Shown: in pieces, positions 19,930 through 30,272 of the stretch
Layout: every line of letters starts with the position of its first letter
How positions within the stretch are numbered: the stretch's first letter is position 1
Source: Gemmatimonadaceae bacterium
Lineage (GTDB): Bacteria > Gemmatimonadota > Gemmatimonadetes > Gemmatimonadales > Gemmatimonadaceae
NCBI GenBank assembly: GCA_033763905.1
Contig: JANRJP010000096.1
Span: 9,986-73,985, forward strand
Length of the DNA: 64,000 nucleotides
Direction of reading: 5' to 3'
Position numbers and translations under genes: made by a program
Notes under the pieces: generated by a model
Database searches by the model: none
What the model was told of the DNA's origin: nothing
The model's input: only the letters and a program-made list of their open reading frames with translations

Positions 19930-21960
19930 TCAGCTCGCAACGGGGATGAACATCCGAGCCCCGTCGGTTGGCGACTCGACGGCGAACGCCCCACGCAGTT
20001 CGCGCAGGGCCGCGATGGCCATCAACTCCTCCAACTCGTCGGTCGTCGTCTGCGCGCGCGACTTGCCCCCGAGCGTGCGACTCGCCCGGAGGACCAGATA
20101 GGCCCCTGGCTCAATGCCCACGTCCTCCGCGTCGGACCGCGACACCAACTCGCGTCGGATCGTGATCACGCCGTCGCCCGCGACCGCGGCCCGCAACAGC
20201 GCGTCCACACCAATGCCCAGCGCATCGGGCTCCGTATCCAGCACTTCGCCGCCACTCTGATCGTCCCAACGCACCCGCGTCACGGGCGCCGTCGCGGTGG
20301 TCAGCGCGGCCGCGCGAGCGCGAAGCAGATCCACGACCGCCACGCGACGACGTCGTTGCTGTTTGCGGCGCGACAGCGCCAGGAATCCCGAGGTCAGGCG
20401 TCGCGCCCGATGAATGGAGGAGAAGACCCCCTCGAGATCCTCTCGCTCCGTCGACCCGGTTGCCAGGTCCTCCCGCAGGATCTCGGCGTGGCCATTGATG
20501 GCGGCGAGGATGTTGTTGAAGTCGTGCGCGAGCCCGCCAGCGAAGATGCCAATGGCTTCGGCTTCTTCCGTCTGCTGGAGCCGCGCGCGCAACTGCACCT
20601 CACGACTCTGGTCATAGCCACTGAGGACGATCGCGCCGACCATCGGATCGTCGCGACGATCGTCGATACGCAGAAGGACCGCCGCCTCTCCTTGCTCTTG
20701 TGTCACCCGGAACAGCAACACCGGCGGCGCATTGGCTGGGCGCTCGATGGCCCGTCGCAGCGACTCGCGATCCTCCTGCAGTCCCGCCTCGAGGAAGCCC
20801 CACGGCTCGCCGCTCAGCAGTGCCTGACCCAACAAGCGTTGCGTGGCTGGCGTCGCGAGCAGCACGCGCCCCGCATCGTCGAGCAGCAGCGCGAAATCGT
20901 AGGCATCCCGCAGCAGGGCGCCGAACGACGCTTCCTCATCGCGCAACGCCGCCTGCAGGCGCTCCCGCTCTCGAATCTCGACTTGCTCGCGTGTCACGAG
21001 CAGCGTGGCCAACGTGAACGCGGCGACCACGTACGGCACGGTGGAGGACGGTCCCGGACGAACGAGTTCGACGAAGACGACGACGTTGGCCACCGCAAGG
21101 AAGACGTACGGCATCGCGCCGCCGCGATACCCAGGCAACCGCTCGAAGGCGCGGTCGTCGCGGGCCTCGAGTACCCGAACCGCGTAGCGCGCCGCGGCCG
21201 CCTTCAACACCCACACCGCGAACCACACGACGGCAAACGCGTCGCCGGGCTCGTAGGTGAAGGCCGCACCGCGCAGGAACAGCAGCACGTCGGGAACGAC
21301 CTGCAGCAGATACGCCGACAGCAGCAGCAGCGCCACGGTGCGCAGATACGTCGTGCTCGACCGCAGGTACAGCACGGCGGCCAACGTCGCCGACAACGCA
21401 TCCGCAGCCGCGATGACGTAGTCGTCGATGCCCGCCGCGCGCGTTCCCTCCGTCGCAAAGAATGGTCCAAGCCCTGCCGCCCAGAGCACGACCCCGCTCC
21501 CAACCACGACAATCGCAATGTCCAGTGCCAAGCGCCGCCGGTCGGCGGCCCCACGCGGCTCTACCGAAAAGGTGATCAGGGCCGACATCACCAACAGCGG
21601 CCCGACGCACGACAGGACGAACAACCACAGGGGGCGGTCGGCGCCGCCATTGGCGATGACCCACACTGTCCAGACGTGCCCGACGAGCATCCGCACGAGG
21701 GACCCCGCCGCGAACAGCCGCCAGCCCCAGGCCTCGCGCGCGGACCGCGCCCGCGTCGCCGCCAGCAGTTGCCATCCGGCCGCCACCAGCGCGGTGGCGG
21801 TGAACACGCCGTAGTCGAGCGGCTGCGACCAGGTCGGCGGGAACAGGTCGAGCAACACCCAACCGACGAAGACGAGCGTCGTCAGCCCACCCGCGACATC
21901 GAGGAGCTGGCGCAATGACTGCGGAACAGTCCGACCGTCGTCGGGCAGGGCGGCATACAT
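19930..21960 (-). CDS. Multi-TM PAS-HisKA protein with degenerate ATPase domain (pseudokinase)
   Basis: Paralogous TM domain; GGLAHDFNN intact; no N, G1, F or G2 boxes recognisable; no REC. Confidence 0.75.
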   Translation of the reverse strand: MYAALPDDGRTVPQSLRQLLDVAGGLTTLVFVGWVLLDLFPPTWSQPLDYGVFTATALVAAGWQLLAATRARSAREAWGWRLFAAGSLVRMLVGHVWTVWVIANGGADRPLWLFVLSCVGPLLVMSALITFSVEPRGAADRRRLALDIAIVVVGSGVVLWAAGLGPFFATEGTRAAGIDDYVIAAADALSATLAAVLYLRSSTTYLRTVALLLLSAYLLQVVPDVLLFLRGAAFTYEPGDAFAVVWFAVWVLKAAAARYAVRVLEARDDRAFERLPGYRGGAMPYVFLAVANVVVFVELVRPGPSSTVPYVVAAFTLATLLVTREQVEIRERERLQAALRDEEASFGALLRDAYDFALLLDDAGRVLLATPATQRLLGQALLSGEPWGFLEAGLQEDRESLRRAIERPANAPPVLLFRVTQEQGEAAVLLRIDDRRDDPMVGAIVLSGYDQSREVQLRARLQQTEEAEAIGIFAGGLAHDFNNILAAINGHAEILREDLATGSTEREDLEGVFSSIHRARRLTSGFLALSRRKQQRRRRVAVVDLLRARAAALTTATAPVTRVRWDDQSGGEVLDTEPDALGIGVDALLRAAVAGDGVITIRRELVSRSDAEDVGIEPGAYLVLRASRTLGGKSRAQTTTDELEELMAIAALRELRGAFAVESPTDGARMFIPVAS

Positions 21961-22001
21961 CAGCGTTTAGTATCGGCGCGTGGCGACGATACCGTCGGTC
22001 G

Positions 22002-22307
22002 CTAGGGATTCGGCATCGTCGCCGCGTGCTGATCGAGTGCGCTCGCCATCGCCTCGGCCGTTACCCGCCGGTGCGATGCGTGCCAGACGACCTGATCGCC
22101 GGCGAAGAGGAGCGCCTGTGGTGATTCGTGCCGGACGCCGGTGTCACGCTCGATGCGCTGACACTCTCCGCGCTGTTCGAAGACGTCCAGCCACTGGACC
22201 GGGCAGTCCGGATGCTGCGACTGAAATCGCTCGACCTGCTCCGCCGCCAGCGCCGACAGGCTGCACGTCGGGCTGTGCTTGTAGATGAATCGCAAGGATA
22301 TCGCCAT
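22002..22307 (-). CDS. ytxJ: YtxJ/BrxC-like monothiol thioredoxin-fold protein
   Basis: FIYKHSPTCSLS and GVRHESPQ...WHASH signatures. Confidence 0.85.
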   Translation of the reverse strand: MAISLRFIYKHSPTCSLSALAAEQVERFQSQHPDCPVQWLDVFEQRGECQRIERDTGVRHESPQALLFAGDQVVWHASHRRVTAEAMASALDQHAATMPNP

Positions 22308-22406
22308 TCAGGAATATTAGCGCGTCCTGGACCCGCCGCTCGGCCAGCGCTGCGCTAGTTTCTGGAGGCCTGCTCCGGGCTCGCCACCTTCCTCGACGGA
22401 TTCCCA

Positions 22407-22877
22407 ATGCGCTACGCCCTGCTCACGCTGCTCCTCGCCGGTAGTACCGCCTGCCGACCGTCCGACACACCGCCGGCGGACACCGCACTTCCCGAAACGG
22501 CCGCGCCGCAGACGGCCGCGGCCGCGACGCCGACACTGCGGATCCTCGCACCAGCCGAAGGCAGCACCGTCACCAGTCCGGTAAAGGTGCAAGTGGCGGT
22601 GGACGGGTTCGGCCTCGTCGCCGCGACCACCCCCATCGCTGAGGGCGCGGGTCACCTGCACTTCTTCATCGATACGCCGCCGGAGGCGGTGCCCGAAGGC
22701 CAGATGATTCCGCTCGACTCCGCGACCAAGTACATCCACGCGGGCAAGGAACCACTCACCGAGCGTGAACTCACGCTGTCACCCGGCGAGCACGTGATCT
22801 GGGTCGTCGCCGCCAACTCCGGGCACTTGGCGTTGCGCACGCCGGCCCCGGTCAAGTTGACCCTGAAGGTGCAGTAA
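22407..22877 (+). CDS. DUF4399-like lipoprotein
   Basis: STAC lipobox, PAEGSTV, GHLHFFID, LSPGEH motifs. Confidence 0.7.
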   Translation: MRYALLTLLLAGSTACRPSDTPPADTALPETAAPQTAAAATPTLRILAPAEGSTVTSPVKVQVAVDGFGLVAATTPIAEGAGHLHFFIDTPPEAVPEGQMIPLDSATKYIHAGKEPLTERELTLSPGEHVIWVVAANSGHLALRTPAPVKLTLKVQ

Positions 22878-22896
22878 CCAGTGACGCGAGGGACGC

Positions 22897-23169
22897 TCAG
22901 CGCGAGTGGGTAAACATCAGGTCCACGAGCTGATCGTACACGGCCTCGGCATCCTCATCGCCCATCCGAAGGGCCGAGGCCGCGCAGTGCTTGAGATGGT
23001 TGCGCATCAATTCGCGCCCAACGGCGCGCAGTGCTTCCTGTACCGACGAAATCTGCGTGAGGATGTCGGCGCAGTAGCGCTCGTCGTCGACCATCTTCTG
23101 CAGGCCGCGGATCTGCCCCTCGATGCGTCGCAAGCGCTTGTGCGTCCGTTCCTTGATCTGCGGGTCCAT
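22897..23169 (-). CDS. csoR: CsoR-family copper-sensing repressor
   Basis: RLRRIEGQIRG, YCADIL, HLKHC; directly downstream of the copper ATPase. Confidence 0.9.
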   Translation of the reverse strand: MDPQIKERTHKRLRRIEGQIRGLQKMVDDERYCADILTQISSVQEALRAVGRELMRNHLKHCAASALRMGDEDAEAVYDQLVDLMFTHSR

Positions 23170-23193
23170 TGCCGGATGCTCAGAGGTTGCGCG

Positions 23194-25428
23194 TTATCTC
23201 AGCGCGGCGCGACGGAGCCGCAGACTGTTGCCGACGACGCTCACCGAGCTGAGCGCCATCGCGGCACTGGCCAGCACCGGGCTCAGCAGCAGGCCGAACG
23301 CCGGGTACAGTACACCGGCCGCCACGGGGATCGTCACGACATTGTAGACGAAGGCCCAGAAGAGATTCTGCCGCATCGTGCGCATCGTGCGGCGCGACAG
23401 CGCGATCGCCTGCGCAACCTGCGCGAGATCCCCTCGCATCAGGACGACATCCGCCGCTTCCGCTGCGATGTCCGTCCCCGTGCCGATCGCCATTCCGACA
23501 TCGGCTTTGGCCAACGCGGGCGCGTCGTTGATGCCATCGCCGACCATCGCGACTACGGCGCCCTCCGCCTGTCGGCGCGAAATCTCGGCCACCTTCCCGT
23601 CGGGCAGCACGCCCGCCACCACGTGCGCAATACCAACCGACGCGGCGATGGCGTGTGCGGTCGCCGGGGTGTCCCCAGTCACCATCACCACATCCAGTCC
23701 CAAGTCGCGCAAGCCAGCCACCGCGGCGGCAGATGACGGCTTGATTGGGTCGGCAATCGCCAGCACCGCCGCCAACGCGCCATCGATCGCCACGTACACC
23801 ACGGTCTTGCCCTGGGCCGCCAGGCGCGCGGCATCGGCGTCGAGTGGGCCCACCGGTACCGACCAGTCACCCAGCCACGCGGCATTGCCCACGAGCACGG
23901 CGGCGCCGTGCACCACGCCGTGCACGCCGCGACCGGTCACGGAGGCGAACGACTCCGCCAGCGTCACCTCGATACCAGCCTCGCGTGCCGCACCGACCAC
24001 CGCGTCCGCGAGGGGGTGTTCGCTGTCGGCTTCCAGCGCCGCCGCGAGTGCAAGGACGCGCTGACGGTCGAGGCCGTCGACCGTAATCACATCGGTCACG
24101 GTCGGTCGGCCTTCGGTGATCGTGCCCGTCTTGTCGAGGAGGATCGCGGTGACCGTCCCGGCGCGCTGGAGCGCCTCACCGCCCTTGATCAAGATGCCCA
24201 ACTGGGCGCCGCGACCGGTGGCGACCATCACCGCCGTCGGGACCGCTAGGCCCATCGCGCAGGGACAGGCGATGATCAGCACGGCCACCGCCACCGCAAA
24301 CGCCCGCACGAGAGGGGCCGTGTCTGCCGCAACGTACCACACCCCGAACGTGAGCAACGCCAGCGCCAGCACGGTCGGTACGAACACGGCCGAGATACGA
24401 TCGGCCAGCGCCTGAATCGGCGCGCGCGACCCCTGGGCATCGCGCATCAGCCGCACGATTTGCGCGAGCACGCTGGCGCTCCCGAGGGTCGTCGCCCGGA
24501 AGCGAAACGCCCCCGTACGATTGATCGTCCCGCCAATCACGCGATCCCCTGCGCGCTTCGCCACCGGGGCGGCCTCGCCAGTGAGCATCGACTCATCCAC
24601 GGCGCTCTCGCCCGACTCCACGGTGCCATCGACCGGGATGCGCTCCCCCGGTCGCACCGTGACAAGATCACCAGCCATCACCAAGCCGACCGGCAGTTCC
24701 ACCTCGGCATCGCCGCGCCGCACGCGAGCGACCGCCGGTTGCAAGTCGACCAAAGCCTTGAGCGCGGCGGTCGTTTGCCCCTTGGCACGGGCTTCTAGGG
24801 CATTGCCGGTGAGAATCAGCGCGATGATGACGATGACCGCCTCGTAGTACACGTCGGCCGGCATCCCGTGATCGGTGAACAGCGTCGGCGCCACAGTGGC
24901 CACCACCGAGTAGACGAAGGCCGAACCGGTGCCCAACGCCACGAGCGTGTTCATATCGGACGCGCCGTGCCGCAAGGCCGCCCACGCGCGCGTGTAGAAG
25001 TGGCGTCCCGCCCACAGCATCACCGCCGCTGTGAGCACGAGCAACCCGACGTTGGATGCGCGCATCCACTGCATTGGCAGGGCCATCGGCAACGCCATCG
25101 CCAGCGCGCCGGCAATCCCGCTGACGACCGCCTTCGTGCGCAGGGTGACAAACTCGGCGCGCTGTGCCGCTTCGCGAGCGGTCTGCTCGTCCAGCACATT
25201 CTCGGTCGGTGCGGGCAGCGCGGCATCGTAGCCCGCATCGGTCACCACCTGCACCAGCCGTTCGGGCGACACCGCGTCGGCGTCGTACGTCACCGTCGCG
25301 CTGTGCATCATCAGGTTGACCGTCGCATCGGTGACCCCGGGCGCCCGCTGCAGGGCGCGCTGCACGCGCGCCTGACAGGCCGCACACGTCATCCCCGTGA
25401 CGGGAAACTGCAGCGTCGTCTGACTCAC
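23194..25428 (-). CDS. copA: Cu(I)-exporting P1B-type ATPase
   Basis: GMTCAAC HMA domain, TGE, CPC, DKTGT, SEHP, GDGIND, YN and MALSS motifs. Confidence 0.95.
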   Translation of the reverse strand: MSQTTLQFPVTGMTCAACQARVQRALQRAPGVTDATVNLMMHSATVTYDADAVSPERLVQVVTDAGYDAALPAPTENVLDEQTAREAAQRAEFVTLRTKAVVSGIAGALAMALPMALPMQWMRASNVGLLVLTAAVMLWAGRHFYTRAWAALRHGASDMNTLVALGTGSAFVYSVVATVAPTLFTDHGMPADVYYEAVIVIIALILTGNALEARAKGQTTAALKALVDLQPAVARVRRGDAEVELPVGLVMAGDLVTVRPGERIPVDGTVESGESAVDESMLTGEAAPVAKRAGDRVIGGTINRTGAFRFRATTLGSASVLAQIVRLMRDAQGSRAPIQALADRISAVFVPTVLALALLTFGVWYVAADTAPLVRAFAVAVAVLIIACPCAMGLAVPTAVMVATGRGAQLGILIKGGEALQRAGTVTAILLDKTGTITEGRPTVTDVITVDGLDRQRVLALAAALEADSEHPLADAVVGAAREAGIEVTLAESFASVTGRGVHGVVHGAAVLVGNAAWLGDWSVPVGPLDADAARLAAQGKTVVYVAIDGALAAVLAIADPIKPSSAAAVAGLRDLGLDVVMVTGDTPATAHAIAASVGIAHVVAGVLPDGKVAEISRRQAEGAVVAMVGDGINDAPALAKADVGMAIGTGTDIAAEAADVVLMRGDLAQVAQAIALSRRTMRTMRQNLFWAFVYNVVTIPVAAGVLYPAFGLLLSPVLASAAMALSSVSVVGNSLRLRRAALR

Positions 25429-25450
25429 AACCTGCGTCCGCGTCGCCTGA

Positions 25451-25666
25451 TCAGGGCGCGACGACTTCCGTCGCGCGATAGCCCTCGGCCGTCACCGCCG
25501 CCGCGATGGCCGCCTCGGCGGTGACCGCGGGATCGAATCGTAGCTCCGCCGAACCGATCGCGACCGTATCCACCGTGACGCCGGGAATCGCTTGCAGCGC
25601 GCCAGTCACGGCGCGCACACAGTGCCCGCAGCTCATGCCTTCGATCGCCAGAGACAGCTTCTTCAT
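25451..25666 (-). CDS. copZ: Copper chaperone (HMA domain)
   Basis: GMSCGHC; 71 aa; first gene of the cop cluster. Confidence 0.9.
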   Translation of the reverse strand: MKKLSLAIEGMSCGHCVRAVTGALQAIPGVTVDTVAIGSAELRFDPAVTAEAAIAAAVTAEGYRATEVVAP

Positions 25667-25694
25667 AGACCACTCCGTGGATGCACTCGGGACA

Positions 25695-25713
25695 TATACC
25701 CCCTCCCCCTATA
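25695..25713. promoter_or_regulatory. Putative CsoR operator
   Basis: TATA-CCCCCTCCCCC-TATA about 30 bp upstream of copZ; a C-tract between AT-rich inverted repeats is the CsoR/RcnR operator architecture. Confidence 0.7.
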
Positions 25714-25804
25714 CTAGCAGATTTCCCGCCGCCCGCCAGTCCCCCCGGGGTCGCCCAGTGCGTGAACACCGGTATGTTCTCGGTACCCCTCACCCATCTT
25801 CGAT

Positions 25805-27520
25805 ATGCGCTCTCGCCCGCTGCTGCACTCCCTTGGCGTGTTTGCCACGCTCGCGTCCGCCGGTTGCGCGACATTCACGGGGACGCGGGGCGACGGCGGC
25901 GGGACATCCTTCGACACCGTGATCGAGAACGGGCGTGTCGTCGATGGCACCGGCGCCGCCTGGTTCTACGGCGATGTGGCGGTACGCGGCGACCGGATCG
26001 CCGCGATCGGCCCGCGCGGCGCCTTCCGCTCGGCATCGGCGGCGTCGCGTATCGACGCGAGCGGCCACGTCGTGGCGCCGGGATTCATCGACATTCAGGC
26101 GCACTCGATCGGCCACTATATGATGGGCGATGGCCGCGCGATCTCGATGATCACGCAGGGCATCACCACCGCGATTCACGGTGAGGGCTCGTCGCTGGGT
26201 CCGGTCAACGACAAGATCCTCGCCGCCGAGGACGATTCGACGACGCGCCGGCTGCTCACGCCGTTCGTCGGACCGAACGGCTTCGCCAAGTGGCTGGAGT
26301 TCATGGTCGGCCGAGGCGCCTCGCAGAACGTCGGCTCCTTCCTCGGCGATGGCACCCTCCGCGTGTACGTGAAGGGCACCGAAGCCGGCCCGCTCACGGC
26401 CGCCGAGCGCGATACGCTCGCCGCTGCGGTCCGTCGCGGAATGCAGGACGGCGCGTTCGGCGTGGCGAGTGCCCTGATCTATCCTCCGAATACCTACGCC
26501 AGCACCGAGGACCTGATCGTCGCGGCGCGCGCGATGGCGCCGTACGGCGGCGTGTACATCACGCATATGCGCTCCGAGGGGGACAAGTTCCTGGAGGCGA
26601 TGGACGAGGCGATCCGCATCGGCAAGGACGGCGGGGTGCCGGTGGAGATCTACCACCTCAAGGCCAGCGGGCCACGCAACTGGCCGAAGATGCCCACGGC
26701 CATCGCGAAGATCGACTCGGCGCGTGCCGCAGGGCAGGACGTGCAGGCGAACATGTATCTGTACCCCGCCGGCGGAAACTCCTTCGCAAGCTGCATTCCG
26801 CCCAAGTACGCGGCCGGCGGCCGCCTGCTCGACAACCTGCGCAACCCCGCGCTGCGCGCGACGATCGTCGCTGAGATGCACGCCACCGATGCGGGCTACG
26901 AGAACCTCTGCGAGATCGCCACACCGGCCAACGTGATGGTCGTCGGCTTCACCAAGCCCGAGCTCAAGCGCTTCGAGGGCAAGCGTCTCAGCGAAATCAG
27001 CGCGGCGCTTGGCAAGGACTGGGCCGAGGTCATCATTGACCTCAACGTGGAAGAAAAGCTCGGGCTCGGCGAGATCCTCTTCCTGATGAGCGAAGAGAAT
27101 ATGCGCCTGCAACTGCAACAGCCGTGGATGAAGTTCGGTACCGATGCGAGCTCGCAGGATCCGACGACGGCCAAGGGGATGACCCATCCGCGCGCCTACG
27201 GCAACTTCCCGCGCATCTTCGCGCGCTATGTGCGCGAGCAGCGCGTGCTCACGCTCGAAGATGCCGTGCGCAAGGCGTCGAGCGCGGTCGCCACGCGCCT
27301 GTCGATCACCGATCGCGGCGTGCTCAAGGCGGGGCTCAAGGCCGACATCATCGTCTTCGATCCCGCGACGATTACCGACCACGCGACGTTCGAACAACCG
27401 CATCAGCTGTCGACGGGCGTGCGCGATGTGTTCGTGAACGGCGTCGCCGTCCTGCGCAACGCGCAGCATACCGGGGCGAAGCCAGGGGTCGTCGTCCGAG
27501 GGCCGGGCTACGGGAAGTAG
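25805..27520 (+). CDS. N-acyl-D-amino-acid deacylase family amidohydrolase (probable lipoprotein)
   Basis: VVDGTG, APGFIDIQAHS, THMRSEG, YHLK, HPRAYGNFPR, ADIIVFDP. Confidence 0.9.
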   Translation: MRSRPLLHSLGVFATLASAGCATFTGTRGDGGGTSFDTVIENGRVVDGTGAAWFYGDVAVRGDRIAAIGPRGAFRSASAASRIDASGHVVAPGFIDIQAHSIGHYMMGDGRAISMITQGITTAIHGEGSSLGPVNDKILAAEDDSTTRRLLTPFVGPNGFAKWLEFMVGRGASQNVGSFLGDGTLRVYVKGTEAGPLTAAERDTLAAAVRRGMQDGAFGVASALIYPPNTYASTEDLIVAARAMAPYGGVYITHMRSEGDKFLEAMDEAIRIGKDGGVPVEIYHLKASGPRNWPKMPTAIAKIDSARAAGQDVQANMYLYPAGGNSFASCIPPKYAAGGRLLDNLRNPALRATIVAEMHATDAGYENLCEIATPANVMVVGFTKPELKRFEGKRLSEISAALGKDWAEVIIDLNVEEKLGLGEILFLMSEENMRLQLQQPWMKFGTDASSQDPTTAKGMTHPRAYGNFPRIFARYVREQRVLTLEDAVRKASSAVATRLSITDRGVLKAGLKADIIVFDPATITDHATFEQPHQLSTGVRDVFVNGVAVLRNAQHTGAKPGVVVRGPGYGK

Positions 27521-27521
27521 C

Positions 27522-27998
27522 GTGACCACACCACGCCGTCGGGTGTTGCCCTGGCTGTTGGCCGCGTTCCTCGCGGCCGCCCTCGGCGGTGTGGGGTCGG
27601 CAAGCGCCGGCAGCTTCTACCTCAGCTTGGACCGTCCGTGGTGGGCGCCACCGGTGTGGCTCTTCGGGCCGGCCTGGACGGTGTTGTACGTCTTGATGGC
27701 CCTCGCCGCGTCGCGGGTCGATGCGGCCTTGCACGCGGATCGCGTGCAGGCGCTGGGCTGGTGGTGGGTGCAGCTCGCGGCCAACATCGCGTGGACCTGG
27801 TGCTTCTTTGTGTTCAAGAGCGGCGCGCTCGCGATGCTTGACGCTGTGCTGCTCTGGAGCGCGGTGGCGTTGACGCTTCGGTTCAGTCGCCGTGTGGACC
27901 GCGTCGCCGGTGCGATGCTGGCCCCCTATCTCGCGTGGGTCAGCTACGCCTGTCTCCTGACGTGGAGCGTCTGGCGGCGGAACCCCGCGGTGCTCTGA
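27522..27998 (+). CDS. tspO: TspO/MBR tryptophan-rich sensory protein
   Basis: LDRPWWAPPVWLFGPAWTVLY, N.AW...FF, PYLAWVSYA. Confidence 0.9.
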   Translation: MTTPRRRVLPWLLAAFLAAALGGVGSASAGSFYLSLDRPWWAPPVWLFGPAWTVLYVLMALAASRVDAALHADRVQALGWWWVQLAANIAWTWCFFVFKSGALAMLDAVLLWSAVALTLRFSRRVDRVAGAMLAPYLAWVSYACLLTWSVWRRNPAVL

Positions 27999-28015
27999 AT
28001 CCGTTCGGTTCGACG

Positions 28016-28756
28016 ATGCTCGCCCTGCACGACGTGTCGGTGCAGTACCCAGATGGCCCGCGGGCGCTCGACCGCGTGTCGCTGCGTCTTGTCCCGGGGA
28101 TCTTCGGATTGCTCGGCCCGAACGGCGCGGGCAAATCCACGCTGCTGCGCGTGTTGGCCACGCTGCAGGCGCCGTCGAGCGGCACCATCGCGTGGCAACC
28201 AGACGGGCCGTCGGGAGCAACCATCGACGTGCTGGCGACGCCGCAGCCGCTGCGAACGCAACTCGGCTACCTGCCGCAGGAGTTCGGGCTGTATCCCACG
28301 CTGTCGGTGGAGATGACGCTCGACCACTTTTGCGCGCTCAAGGGTGCGACAGACCGCGCGGTGCGTGCGCAGTGGGTCGAGACCTTGCTCGACCGAACGA
28401 ACCTGCTCGAGAAGCGCCGCGCCGCGGTCGGCGCGCTCTCCGGGGGAATGCGACAACGGCTCGGCTTGGCGATTGCGCTTGCCGGGCACCCCAAAGTGCT
28501 CCTGCTGGACGAGCCGACCGCCGGCCTCGATCCTGGCGAGCGACGGCGAATGTACGATGTGCTCGCGACGGTCGGCGCGGAGGTGATCGTGCTGCTGTCG
28601 ACGCACCTCATCGAAGACGTGCGCGCGGTCTGTCCGCAGTTCGGGATCCTGCACCGCGGCGTGCTGCGGGCGCTCGGCAGCCCAGCGGAGGCCGCCGGCG
28701 CCGGGTCTCTCGAGGACGTGTACTTCGCGCACGTGCCGCTCGACGATGCACGCTGA
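28016..28756 (+). CDS. ABC transporter ATP-binding protein
   Basis: GPNGAGKST, LSGGMRQR, LLLDEPTAGLD, STH. Confidence 0.92.
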   Translation: MLALHDVSVQYPDGPRALDRVSLRLVPGIFGLLGPNGAGKSTLLRVLATLQAPSSGTIAWQPDGPSGATIDVLATPQPLRTQLGYLPQEFGLYPTLSVEMTLDHFCALKGATDRAVRAQWVETLLDRTNLLEKRRAAVGALSGGMRQRLGLAIALAGHPKVLLLDEPTAGLDPGERRRMYDVLATVGAEVIVLLSTHLIEDVRAVCPQFGILHRGVLRALGSPAEAAGAGSLEDVYFAHVPLDDAR

Positions 28757-30272
28757 GGCCCTGCCCGCCGGGCCACCCCCGCGACGGCACGTGATCGCGC
28801 GCTTGGCGCGCTTCGAACTGCAGTTCCAGCGACGGGACTTTCTGGCGTGGCTCTCCGCGCTGGTCTTTCTGCTGCTGACGCTCGGGTACTCCTCGAACGG
28901 CGTCATTGCCCTGGTCAGCGACCGCGGCGATATCCCGCGCCACGCCCCCTGGGCGCTGGCACAGGCGATGGCCGGCGTGACCGCCTTCGGACAGGTGATC
29001 ACCGCCATCATCGCGGCGACGACGGTGCTGCGCGATGTCAGTCTGCGAACGCAGCCGTTGCTGTTGACGACTGGCATTTCGTGGCGCGACTACCTGACCG
29101 GACGCTTCGTCGGCACACTCACCGTGCTCGCCGTGGTGTACGCGATGATTCCGGCAGGACTGATCGCGGGCCATCTCGTGGCACTGGCCTCCGGCGCGAC
29201 CGACATCGCGCCGCTGCGCTGGGCCGCCTACGGATGGCCCATCACTGTGCTGGTGATCCCGAACGTGTGGCTCGTCACGTCGGCGTTCTTTTGCGTGGGC
29301 GCTCTGGCCGGTGGCTTTGGGCCGATCCTGTTGCTCGGTATTGGCCTGATCGGCCTTTGGCAGACCGGCCTCGCGCTGGTCCAGCGCGGCATCGCGTGGG
29401 GAACGTTGGTCGACCCCTTCGGCAATGCGGCGCTCACGCTGGCCACCGCCGAGTGGAGCGCCGCGGACCGCGCGCTGCGGATGCTCACGGCGGACCCGTG
29501 GCTCATTGGCAACCGTCTGCTCTGGATCGCACTCGCCGGCCTCGCGCTCGGGTGGACGCTCGCGCGCTGGCGCCCCGTCCTCGCCGACGGGGCGGCACGC
29601 GTCACGCGTCGAACGCACCGCCCCTCGGGCCACACCGCGGCGTCGACGATCACGTGGCGATCCCTCGCACCGCTTCGTGGAGCCCCGGTGGCGCAACAGT
29701 TCGCCGCCGAGTGGCGCTTCGGCGTGCGCTGGGCGCTGCGAGAGCGTGGCATCGTGGCGCTCGTCCTGCTGGCGACGCTCAACGCCATTGCCAACGCGTG
29801 GCCGATCGCCGGTCTCGACAACGCCGCCGTGCTGCGTGCGACCGAGTTTCACGCACGACTGTTCGGCATCTTGATCGCCACCATCTACGCGGGCGAACTC
29901 GTGTGGCGCGACCGCGAGACCCGCGCCGATGCCCTGTTGGGGGCGTTGCCGACCGCGGCGCGTGTACGGCTGCTCGGTCGCGCCGTTGGAGTGGGCGTGT
30001 CGCTGGCCGTGCTGCCCGCGGCGCTGTTCCTCGTGTCGATCGTCCTGCCGCTGCTCAGGGGCGCGATGCCTGATCTGGGCTGTGCCGCACGATGGATGCT
30101 GGGCACGTCGCTGCCAGAGTTCTGGGGACTGCTCGCGGTGTCGGTCGTCGTGCACGCCATCGTCCAGCACAAGACGGTCGCCCACCTGCTGCTCATCGCC
30201 GCGTGGATTGGCGCGATCACGCTGGGCCTGCGCGCGCTGGCGGTCCCGTGGAGCGGCTACGGCGTCTGCTGA
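28746..30272 (+). CDS. ABC-2-type permease with two membrane repeats
   Basis: ARFEL, VLRD...YLTGRF, LVDPFG, NRLLW, YAGELVWRDR motifs; overlaps the ATPase gene. Confidence 0.75.
   Translation: MHAEALPAGPPPRRHVIARLARFELQFQRRDFLAWLSALVFLLLTLGYSSNGVIALVSDRGDIPRHAPWALAQAMAGVTAFGQVITAIIAATTVLRDVSLRTQPLLLTTGISWRDYLTGRFVGTLTVLAVVYAMIPAGLIAGHLVALASGATDIAPLRWAAYGWPITVLVIPNVWLVTSAFFCVGALAGGFGPILLLGIGLIGLWQTGLALVQRGIAWGTLVDPFGNAALTLATAEWSAADRALRMLTADPWLIGNRLLWIALAGLALGWTLARWRPVLADGAARVTRRTHRPSGHTAASTITWRSLAPLRGAPVAQQFAAEWRFGVRWALRERGIVALVLLATLNAIANAWPIAGLDNAAVLRATEFHARLFGILIATIYAGELVWRDRETRADALLGALPTAARVRLLGRAVGVGVSLAVLPAALFLVSIVLPLLRGAMPDLGCAARWMLGTSLPEFWGLLAVSVVVHAIVQHKTVAHLLLIAAWIGAITLGLRALAVPWSGYGVC

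Noticed and set aside
19531..21918. Long antisense and alternative-frame ORFs (also 28608..30590, 52577..54259, 52723..54468 and many others)
   Set aside because: Arg/Pro/Ala-rich shadow ORFs expected at this GC content, overlapping well-supported genes.
21970..21977. GCCGATAC as a third sigma28 promoter
   Set aside because: No -35 match; it could equally be a -10 for a leaderless start.
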